Shown: positions 7,830-14,694 of the stretch, one piece after another
How the letters are laid out: the number at the start of each line of letters is the position of its first letter
How positions within the stretch are numbered: the first letter of the stretch is position 1
DNA from: Gemmatimonadota bacterium
Lineage (GTDB): Bacteria; Gemmatimonadota; Gemmatimonadetes; Palauibacterales; KS3-K002
DNA length: 49,567 nucleotides
Reading direction: 5' to 3'
Assembly (NCBI GenBank): GCA_039589115.1
Contig: JBDHHZ010000011.1
Span: 1-49,567 of the forward strand
Notes under the pieces: model-generated
What the model was told of the DNA's origin: nothing
Seen by the model: only the letters and a program-made list of their open reading frames with translations
Database searches by the model: none
Position numbers and translations under genes: made by a program

Positions 7830-9605
7830 TCAAGGCGTGCTCTCATCTCCGGCTGCTGACTCGTCGTGGGCCAGCTCCAGGATCCTGCGAACCGTGCTCA
7901 CGAGGGCCTCTTCGGTAACCGGCTTGTCCATATAGCCCTCGGGCTTCCTGACGGAGCGGTCATAGATCAGCTTGCGCAGCTCGGGTCTACCGGTGATCAC
8001 GCAGACCTTCAAGCTCTCAAGCTCCGGATCCTTGCGCAGAATCTCGTACACCTCGCCGACGTTTCTGCCGGGCATTTCGAGGTCGAGCGTCAACAGGTCT
8101 GGCTTCTCGCTACAGGCCATCGCCAGGGCCTCGTCGCCATTAGTGGCCCGCAGCACCGTGGCACCGTTATCCTCGAAGACCGTCGCCAGGTACTCGAGCT
8201 GATCGGGCTCGTCGTCGGCTACTAGCAATGTACGGCCGGCCAGCGGCAGCGCCTCGGCAACCACCTCTACCACCTCCTCGACTGGAATCGCCACCTTCGG
8301 CTCGATAACGAGGGCGTTCGCCACCAGGTTGACCAGCTGCGAAACCTCGATACCCAACTCGTAGTGCCTGATAACGTCAGTCAGGCCGTCGACACAGTTG
8401 TGACACGACGTGACGACGATCTCGGCGCCGGTCTCCTTCAGCTGGTTCGCCTTGATGACGCCCGACTTGAGCCGCCGCCCCGTGTACTCCGACATCGACA
8501 TAGCACCACCACCGCCCGTGCAACAGTAGTTCTCGGCGCGGTTCGGATACATCTCGCGAAAGTCGCTACACACCAACTGGAGCAGCTCGCGGGGCTCCTC
8601 GAACAGGCCGCAACTGCGGCCCATGTTGCAGGAGTCGTGATAAGTGACGGGCCTGGAGTTGCGGCTCTTGTCCACCTTGATCCGCCCTTCCTTGATGTAG
8701 CGGAGCATGGTGAAGATAGAACTCTCCATTACGAAAGGCACGTCGTACTTGGCCCAGTTGGGGCCCTCGCAGCGAGTCGATCGGTAGCCGTGGCCGCACT
8801 CCGAAATGACGAGCTGCTTTCCGCGAAGCTCGACCACCTTCTCGTACAGCCGCTGGGCGACGGAGCCGCCCAGATCGTCGTCGCCGGAGAACAGCCCGAA
8901 GTTGGTCATGTCCCAGCCCTCGCTGGCCATGGTCCACTTCTCTCCGGCCATGTGGAAGATCTTGGCCGCGTCCGCGATGGTGCGCGGGTCGTACTTCACC
9001 TCGCGCGGGTTGATGGAGTAGACCACATCGCAGTCGAACTGGTCGATCGGAATATCGGCCTCCGGGTCGTCCAGCTCGTCCTGCATCTCCTCCGCCATCC
9101 ACTCGAGCGTGTCTAGGTACTCCTCTTTGAGCACGCCCATCTGGTTGCCTATCTCCCACTGGTCCTTGCTGACGACGGCCACGCCTTCGGGCATGACCCC
9201 GACCGAGACAAGGAGACCCCGCGCCATCCGGTTGAACGTGGCCAAATCGACGCCCATCGGGCAGTTCAGGGAGCAACGCCGGCAATTGGTGCACTTGCCG
9301 AACACGGTATCCTTCAATTCCTCCAATTCCTCATCGGTCCAGACGCTGCCGGCCTTCACCCACCAGGGGAACACCCGACCCGTCCAATCGAAATGGCGCT
9401 TGAACAGCTTGCGGACCAGGTCGCCTTTGTATGCGGGGGCATAGGTCGGGTCGCCGGGATTGGCCAGGACGTAGTGACAGGACTCGGTACACAGGCCGCA
9501 GTGCACACAGGCCAGCAGCGAGCCCGCCATCTGCCGGTTCAGCTTCTGGCCCATCCGCTCGAGGACCTTCTCAGCCTTCAGGGATCTAGTATTCGCGTTG
9601 CTCAT
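7830..9605 (-). CDS. HdrD/DsrK-like CCG-domain iron-sulfur protein fused to a C-terminal receiver (REC) domain (module b)
   Basis: The N-terminal part has 2x4Fe-4S motifs (CVHCGLCTESCH, CTNCRRCSLNCPMG) and CCG motifs (YHDSCNMGRSCG, NYCCTGGGGA, TSCHNC). The last ~125 aa (about 7833-8210) form a complete REC: LLVADDEPD, LLTLDLEMPG, VCVITG, MDKPV. Confidence 0.8.
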   Translation of the reverse strand: MSNANTRSLKAEKVLERMGQKLNRQMAGSLLACVHCGLCTESCHYVLANPGDPTYAPAYKGDLVRKLFKRHFDWTGRVFPWWVKAGSVWTDEELEELKDTVFGKCTNCRRCSLNCPMGVDLATFNRMARGLLVSVGVMPEGVAVVSKDQWEIGNQMGVLKEEYLDTLEWMAEEMQDELDDPEADIPIDQFDCDVVYSINPREVKYDPRTIADAAKIFHMAGEKWTMASEGWDMTNFGLFSGDDDLGGSVAQRLYEKVVELRGKQLVISECGHGYRSTRCEGPNWAKYDVPFVMESSIFTMLRYIKEGRIKVDKSRNSRPVTYHDSCNMGRSCGLFEEPRELLQLVCSDFREMYPNRAENYCCTGGGGAMSMSEYTGRRLKSGVIKANQLKETGAEIVVTSCHNCVDGLTDVIRHYELGIEVSQLVNLVANALVIEPKVAIPVEEVVEVVAEALPLAGRTLLVADDEPDQLEYLATVFEDNGATVLRATNGDEALAMACSEKPDLLTLDLEMPGRNVGEVYEILRKDPELESLKVCVITGRPELRKLIYDRSVRKPEGYMDKPVTEEALVSTVRRILELAHDESAAGDESTP

Positions 9606-9644
9606 CGGGTCGTCTTCCCTTTCCGTCGGCGTGTGCTCGCCAAC

Positions 9645-10313
9645 CTATCCACGCCGGACCGGGTATACTCCCCGGTAACCCATGGTTTTGCCCAGGTAAT
9701 AGCGCGTGAAGGGGTAGTAGAGGTAGTGGGATATCTTGCTGAACGGCACATAGACCAGGAAGAAGGCCGTCAGGATGAAATAGCCCAGCAGGTGCCACTC
9801 GCCGCCGGCGATCTGGTTCGGCACCGCCAGCACCGCGAAGAAGAACCACGTCGTCAGCAGCACCAGCGAGAAGTAGTCGTCCGGCGAGCTGATCGCACGC
9901 ATATACGGACTGCCGACCCGCCGGATGATTCTGATCACCCCGACCAGGAAGGCCGCGCCGATCACGATCTGCAGGATCAGCACGACGGCTCGACTCTCGA
10001 GCAGGCCCGGCCAGTACGGGATGACGAACGATAGGGCGATGGCGGCGGTCACCCCGATGTGGAACGCCGCGAACTGGACATAGATCAAGTAGTGCCGTCG
10101 TGTGCTCTCCATCGCCCAGGGCATGGCGATATTCGCCCAAGAATACAGGATGCCCTTGGCCGGGGTGGTGTTCGGCGGACCGGTCGCCGCCTGGCGCTCG
10201 CCGCCGGCCTTGAAGCCGAAGAGCCATAGGATGCGGATCGTATAGACCAGGGCCATGAATCCCAGGGCGACCTCTTGCAGCGTATGCTCGGAGAAGTGTA
10301 GCAGCTCGCTCAT
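9645..10313 (-). CDS. NarI/DsrM-like integral membrane cytochrome b subunit (module b)
   Basis: Hydrophobic multi-helix protein ending in VYVPFSKISHYLYYPF, comparable to the YFPFSKLAHM of the canonical DsrM in this window. The start overlaps the macro-domain stop (ATGA). Confidence 0.7.
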   Translation of the reverse strand: MSELLHFSEHTLQEVALGFMALVYTIRILWLFGFKAGGERQAATGPPNTTPAKGILYSWANIAMPWAMESTRRHYLIYVQFAAFHIGVTAAIALSFVIPYWPGLLESRAVVLILQIVIGAAFLVGVIRIIRRVGSPYMRAISSPDDYFSLVLLTTWFFFAVLAVPNQIAGGEWHLLGYFILTAFFLVYVPFSKISHYLYYPFTRYYLGKTMGYRGVYPVRRG

Positions 10314-10852
10314 GGCGTATTCTCTATTTGGGCCTTGAAAGCGTCGTATTGGCTAGTGTCCAACACGCAGATGACGACTTCCTTGATTGCGGTCTCACCC
10401 TCCAAGTGACCCCTGATCACTTCGAGCATCACCCGGGCACAAAGACCCGGCGCGATCCCGTAATACCCCGCACCCATAGCCGGAAAGGCGATCCGCCCGA
10501 CAGCTATCTCCTCGGCGCGTTTCAGGGAGTTGAGAACCGTCGTTCGCAGCTTGCCTTGCGTATCCTCTTCCTGAAACCGGGGGCCGACTGCGTGGATGAT
10601 GTGCTGGGCTTTGAGGTTCCCTGCCGCGGAGACCACAGCCTCGCCGTTTGCGACCGGGCCCAGCTGCTCCAGTTCCTTCTGGACCGTGGGCCCGCCTCGC
10701 ACGGAGATCGCCCCTCCGAATCCCGTACCGAGAGCCAGATCGGGCTGGGCGTAGAACACGAAGGCGTCAACGTCGAGGTCTGTGATGTCGTCTTTGATGA
10801 GGCGTAAGACGCTCTGATTTATCTGTAAGCCCTCCTCAACTGCCTTGGTCAC
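10310..10852 (-). CDS. Macro-domain protein (ADP-ribose binding / de-ADP-ribosylating family)
   Basis: ORF 10310..10891 trimmed to the GTG at 10852, which follows a strong SD (GGGAGGG, 4-nt spacer). Macro-like motifs: LIKDDITDLDVDAFV, GFGGAI, IIHAVGPRF, IAFPAMGAGYYG. Confidence 0.7.
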   Translation of the reverse strand: MTKAVEEGLQINQSVLRLIKDDITDLDVDAFVFYAQPDLALGTGFGGAISVRGGPTVQKELEQLGPVANGEAVVSAAGNLKAQHIIHAVGPRFQEEDTQGKLRTTVLNSLKRAEEIAVGRIAFPAMGAGYYGIAPGLCARVMLEVIRGHLEGETAIKEVVICVLDTSQYDAFKAQIENTP

Positions 10853-10968
10853 TGCGCCCTCCCTTTTGCTTTGCGGAGTCCAACCTCGCACCGTATGCCT
10901 TCGAGACCCTCCGACTTCCCCGAATCACCTTCGAAACTCTCCGACCGGCGTTCTCCGGGTTCCACATC

Positions 10969-11616
10969 TCATCCATAGAACGGCAAGCCCGCCACCCGGC
11001 ACGCCCCCCGCCGATACCCGGCCGGAAATAGCTCTCGCAGCTCATCGAGGCTCAGGTCGTTGGCGGAGCAAGCCTCGTAGACTGTCGGGAGCATTCGGTT
11101 GGCGACGTAGTAGTCGCGCAAGTAACGCACGATCTGCAGGTGCCTCTCCGTCGTCACGACCGGCGGTTCCCTCTGCGACATGGCCAGCTCGACGAAGTCT
11201 TCATCCCACTCCTCGAAGTTCTCGAGGAATCCCAATTCGTCCAGTCCATAGCGCGGCTTTGCGGGAGGCGCAGTCTCGTACGTGAGCCAGTAGTTCGTCT
11301 CCCACATGAACTTGTAGTTGATGCCGGCGACCTTGCAGGCGCCCCGATGGTATCCGGTAGGAAACAGCGAGCGCAGCTCCGAGAGCCGCATGTGATTGTC
11401 CGCGCACGCCATGACGAGCACCGGCACGGTGTTCTCGTCGAGGAACTTGTGCCGCAGATAATTGATGAGCTGCCAGTGCCGTTCCGTGAGCCCCGACGCA
11501 ACCCCCACCAGCTTCGCCATTCCTTCGGCGAAGTCCTCTTCCCACTGCTCCGGCGGGTCCAAGAACCCGTAGGCGTCCAGCTGGTAGGTCTTGCCCTTGA
11601 ACGCTACTGAACTCAT
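10969..11616 (-). CDS. Tandem (two-domain) DsrC/TusE-like protein lacking the C-terminal CysA
   Basis: Two DsrC-family repeats in one 215-aa ORF. Repeat 1 ends ...LFPTGYHRGACKVAGINYKF and repeat 2 ends ...LFPAGYRRGACRVAGLPFYG-stop. Both keep the GAC(K/R)VAG position (CysB) but lack the terminal PKPTGCV arm of the canonical DsrC at 27754..28071. Confidence 0.8.
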   Translation of the reverse strand: MSSVAFKGKTYQLDAYGFLDPPEQWEEDFAEGMAKLVGVASGLTERHWQLINYLRHKFLDENTVPVLVMACADNHMRLSELRSLFPTGYHRGACKVAGINYKFMWETNYWLTYETAPPAKPRYGLDELGFLENFEEWDEDFVELAMSQREPPVVTTERHLQIVRYLRDYYVANRMLPTVYEACSANDLSLDELRELFPAGYRRGACRVAGLPFYG

Positions 11617-11631
11617 TTGTTGCTACCTATC

Positions 11632-11654
11632 TTGAAGTCAAACGGCGACTTCAA
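11632..11654. promoter_or_regulatory. Inverted repeat TTGAAGTC-N7-GACTTCAA between the regulator gene and the tandem dsrC-like gene
   Basis: 8-bp perfect arms read directly. Lies 16-38 nt upstream of the tandem DsrC-like start codon and about 40 nt downstream of the regulator stop. Could be an RNA hairpin or a protein-binding palindrome; no U-tract follows. Confidence 0.3.
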
Positions 11655-11692
11655 AGAAGGTCTGAAGGCCACATCAACCGGTGGCTTGCGGC

Positions 11693-12484
11693 CTATGCAG
11701 CGTCGCCCGCCGCTCTGCGACTGGCGCCCGCAACGCTATCGACTAGCTGTTCGATCTGCTCTGCCGTCAGAGGGGCACTCAGGGTGGGCGCGGAGAGTTG
11801 CCCTACGACCTCTTCGTCCACCGCACGACGTGCCACAAAGACCTTCACCCCGGGAATTCGGTCATCCCGGATGATGGACTCCAACAGGCTGCCGTCGCTC
11901 ACCTCAGGCAGCTCGCTATCCAGCACCACCACGGCGGGGCGAAACGTCCCGATCAGCGTGGAGCTTTCATACCCAGATCGGGCGAACTGCAGGGAGACCC
12001 TGTCCGCGTCCGTGTCTTTCTCGAGCCGGCGGGTCAATGCCTCGTCCCGAGTGATCACCAAAACGGTCATCGCCATGCCGTGACAGGCCCTATAAAACGG
12101 GCAGTCCAAGCAATCAGTCTTGCAGAAGTCATGCCTGTGCCCGGCCTCCCTCCCCAGTTCGGCCAGCCTGTAGCAGTACTGTGCCCGGGCCTGGTAGACC
12201 AGGCAATTCCGGCAGCTTTCGGGTGGAGCGCCCGGCTGCCCGAAGTACTCCCAACAGCGCTGTGGGACTCCATCCCCGTTCCCTCGATCGGCGGTCGCGC
12301 CAACAGGATCCTCGCCGTTCGAGTCGCAAAGACCCAGGGCAGTACAGGCCTCTCGAGAGACCCGGTAGTGTCCACCGGCGGTGCGGGTCGCCGGCAGCCT
12401 GCCCTTCTTGATCCACTTCAGCACGGCGTCTGGTGTGACGCCGCAGAGCTTGGCCACCTCGCCTGTACTGAGCATAGAACCCAT
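11693..12484 (-). CDS. Excisionase/MerR-superfamily HTH regulator with central 8-Cys domain and C-terminal receiver-like domain (paralogue 1)
   Basis: ORF 11693..12553 trimmed to ATG 12484 (MGSMLSTGEVAKLCGVTPDAVLKWIKKGRL..GGHYRV); the trim is supported by the putative promoter at 12544-12572. Cys block RCWEYF..SCRNCLVYQ..YCY..FCKTDCLDCPFYRAC. Receiver-like tail VLVITRDE..VVVLDSE. Confidence 0.7.
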   Translation of the reverse strand: MGSMLSTGEVAKLCGVTPDAVLKWIKKGRLPATRTAGGHYRVSREACTALGLCDSNGEDPVGATADRGNGDGVPQRCWEYFGQPGAPPESCRNCLVYQARAQYCYRLAELGREAGHRHDFCKTDCLDCPFYRACHGMAMTVLVITRDEALTRRLEKDTDADRVSLQFARSGYESSTLIGTFRPAVVVLDSELPEVSDGSLLESIIRDDRIPGVKVFVARRAVDEEVVGQLSAPTLSAPLTAEQIEQLVDSVAGASRRAAGDAA

Positions 12485-12543
12485 AATGCAAATTCGATGG
12501 TTTATGGATTTTCTTGACATCTCGCATAAATCGCCTGCTGAGA

Positions 12544-12572
12544 ATTCTACCAAAATTTGGCGGTTCTGTCAA
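12544..12572 (-). promoter_or_regulatory. Putative sigma70-type promoter for regulator paralogue 1 (TTGACA-N17-TAGAAT)
   Basis: The minus strand reads TTGACA (12572-12567), a 17-nt spacer, then TAGAAT (12549-12544). This sits about 60 bp upstream of the ATG at 12484. The -35 is embedded in the 9-bp repeat TTCTTGACA, which recurs inverted at 12511-12519. Confidence 0.4.
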
Positions 12573-12697
12573 GAACAGTTCGCGTTCCAGACGGGGTCTG
12601 GGTCGGCGATTTCCTAGATGTTACTTAATGATACTCGTTCTCGACTGAGCTGGTCTTCGGTTCGAGGGCACCTCAAATTTTTGCGTTTTCTTGCTCA

Positions 12698-12726
12698 TTG
12701 ACTCCTGAGAGCCGCGTATGTATTTT
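12698..12726 (+). promoter_or_regulatory. Putative sigma70-type promoter for regulator paralogue 2 (TTGACT-N17-TATTTT)
   Basis: TTGACT at 12698-12703, a 17-nt spacer, TATTTT at 12721-12726, about 55 bp upstream of the ATG at 12781. Preceded by TTTTCTTG (12686-12693), a motif shared with the divergent promoter. Confidence 0.35.
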
Positions 12727-12780
12727 ATGCAATCAGGGTGGTCGGGAAATGCGGTACCCCATAAAAGCCATACCTGCGCC

Positions 12781-13590
12781 ATGAAGCAGCAGAAAGACGG
12801 TACCTGGCTAACCACCGGGCAAGCTGCCAGGCTTTGCTCGGTCACTTCCGATACTGTCCTCAAGTGGATAAAGAAGGGGTCGCTCAAGGCCGTGCGCACG
12901 GCGGGCGGCCACTATCGCATCAGACGCCAGGAGCTCGCACCCCTCCTCACGTTAGGCCGGACCTCGCGGATTTTCCCGGACAGGACGAGCAGCGCGCCGC
13001 AGCAGTTGCGGTGTTGGGAGTACTTCAGCCGCGGAGGCGCCATCAGGGAAGAATGCGAGGCGTGCGCGGTCTACCGCGCGCGGGCTTCGCGGTGCTTCCG
13101 GATGGCGACGATGGGACCTGACATCGGCCACGCTCGTCAATTCTGCCAGACATCCTGCGACGATTGTGTCTACTTCCAGCGGCTGAGCGGACAGCCGACA
13201 AAGGTGCTCGTTGTCACGTCGGACTCTGATCTCGTTCAGCGGCTGAAGAGTCATGAGTCAGAGGGGATGGAGTTGCGCTTCGCGCGGAACGCCTACGAAG
13301 CCTCGGCTGTGGTGCAGGCTTTCCTGCCGGGCTTCGCGGTGGTCGACCAGGACGCGTTTCCGGGCGGTGACTACGGACTGCTGGAGAACCTGGCGAACGA
13401 CCCCCGCCTTCCGGGTCTGAAGATCATCGTAGCGGTGCAGCGCGGTGAGGATCAGCGACTGGGCAACTTACAGGATGGACATTTCGTATCTCGAGTGATT
13501 GAAAAGCCGTTCGGTTCGGAGGAGATCGCGGCCGTGATCGACGGTTTTCCGGTGGGATCGGTTGAGATGGAGAGATTGGGCAACGTCTGA
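12781..13590 (+). CDS. Excisionase/MerR-superfamily HTH regulator with central 7-Cys domain and C-terminal receiver-like domain (paralogue 2)
   Basis: ORF 12718..13590 trimmed to ATG 12781 (MKQQKDGTWLTTGQAARLCSVTSDTVLKWIKKGSL..GGHYRI). Cys block RCWEYF..ECEACAVYR..RCF..FCQTSCDDCVYFQ. Receiver-like tail VLVVTSDSD..FAVVDQD..EKPF. Confidence 0.7.
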   Translation: MKQQKDGTWLTTGQAARLCSVTSDTVLKWIKKGSLKAVRTAGGHYRIRRQELAPLLTLGRTSRIFPDRTSSAPQQLRCWEYFSRGGAIREECEACAVYRARASRCFRMATMGPDIGHARQFCQTSCDDCVYFQRLSGQPTKVLVVTSDSDLVQRLKSHESEGMELRFARNAYEASAVVQAFLPGFAVVDQDAFPGGDYGLLENLANDPRLPGLKIIVAVQRGEDQRLGNLQDGHFVSRVIEKPFGSEEIAAVIDGFPVGSVEMERLGNV

Positions 13591-13604
13591 CAACGGGGGT
13601 AACA

Positions 13605-13922
13605 GTGAGCCCAGTGAATCGGGAAGTTTTAGAAGCCAGTAGCGATGAGGACGGGTTCCTCAAGGCTATGGCGAACTGGGATCGAGCGACGGCCGAGACC
13701 CTCGCCGAGCTGCACAATATCGGTGAGCTCACGGACGAGCACTGGATGGTGATCGAGTTCGTGCAAGAGTATTACGCGACCTACGGCACAGGGCCGCCGG
13801 TGGTGAAGGTGCACAAGGAGACCGGGCTGACGTCGGAAGAGATCTGCCAGCTGTTCCCTTGCGGCATGGTGAAGGGGGCATACCGGCTAGCCGGACTCCC
13901 ACGCCCGCCCGGCTGCGCCTGA
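13605..13922 (+). CDS. DsrC/TusE-like protein with CysA only (CysB replaced by Tyr, extra Cys upstream)
   Basis: 105-aa DsrC-family ORF with a GTG start. The C-terminus LFPCGMVKGAYRLAGLPRPPGCA compares with the canonical LFPSGPAKGACKVAGLPKPTGCV at 27754..28071. Confidence 0.8.
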   Translation: MSPVNREVLEASSDEDGFLKAMANWDRATAETLAELHNIGELTDEHWMVIEFVQEYYATYGTGPPVVKVHKETGLTSEEICQLFPCGMVKGAYRLAGLPRPPGCA

Positions 13923-13961
13923 GCGCCGAGTGGTAGTGACGCCACTCTAGAAAGGAACGAC

Positions 13962-14681
13962 ATGGACTTCGTGAGTTTGATGTTGGGCGGAATTCTGCCC
14001 TACGTAGCGGTCGCGGTGTTCATCGTGGCCATGGCCTACCGCATCTATACGTGGAAGAGACTCGCGGCGCCCTCGATGACGCTGTTCCCGGCGCCGGCCG
14101 ATGAGAAAGCCAACAGGCGAAACGTGGTCAAAGAGGCCCTGCTGTTCCGGAGCTTGTTCGGAGGCGACCGGCTGCTGTGGGGATTCGCTTGGATGTTCCA
14201 CGCGGTGTTGGCTTTGATCGTTCTGGGGCACTTTCGCGTCTTCACGAACGTGGACGGGACCCTGATGACGATGGGGATGAGCGAAGGGGCAATCCAGGCC
14301 ATGTCCGGCGGCGCGGGTGGAGCAGCCGGTGTGGTGATACTGGTCGCGACGATTCTGTTGTTAGTTCGGAGGTTGGCGCTGCCGCGCGTCCGCGAGGTCA
14401 CGGGTTCGGCCGACTATCTCGCCCTGCTGCTGATCGCGGCCATCATCGTGACCGGCAACATGATGCGGTTCGGGGCCGAGCACTTCGACCTAACCCTGAC
14501 GCGGCAGTACTTCGCCAGTCTGGCGACCTTCGGGGGTGTCATGGATGAGGCCGCCTTGCAGAACAACGTGTTCGTAGTCCACATGAGCCTGGCGTTCCTG
14601 CTGATCATGATCATCCCATTCAGCAAGATCCTCCATTTCGGCGGGATCTTCTTCACGCATCAGCTCATCCGGAAGCATTGA
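13962..14681 (+). CDS. NarI/DsrM-like integral membrane cytochrome b subunit (module c)
   Basis: Hydrophobic multi-helix protein with a C-terminal IIPFSKILHFGGIFF motif as in DsrM/NarI-type subunits. Directly followed by an HdrD-like gene. Confidence 0.7.
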   Translation: MDFVSLMLGGILPYVAVAVFIVAMAYRIYTWKRLAAPSMTLFPAPADEKANRRNVVKEALLFRSLFGGDRLLWGFAWMFHAVLALIVLGHFRVFTNVDGTLMTMGMSEGAIQAMSGGAGGAAGVVILVATILLLVRRLALPRVREVTGSADYLALLLIAAIIVTGNMMRFGAEHFDLTLTRQYFASLATFGGVMDEAALQNNVFVVHMSLAFLLIMIIPFSKILHFGGIFFTHQLIRKH

Positions 14682-14694
14682 GGCGGAGGCGAGG

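Noticed and set aside
12514-12542. Plus-strand TTGACA at 12514-12519 as a -35 element
   Set aside because: No acceptable -10 hexamer lies 16-18 nt downstream. It is better interpreted as the inverted partner of the minus-strand promoter repeat.
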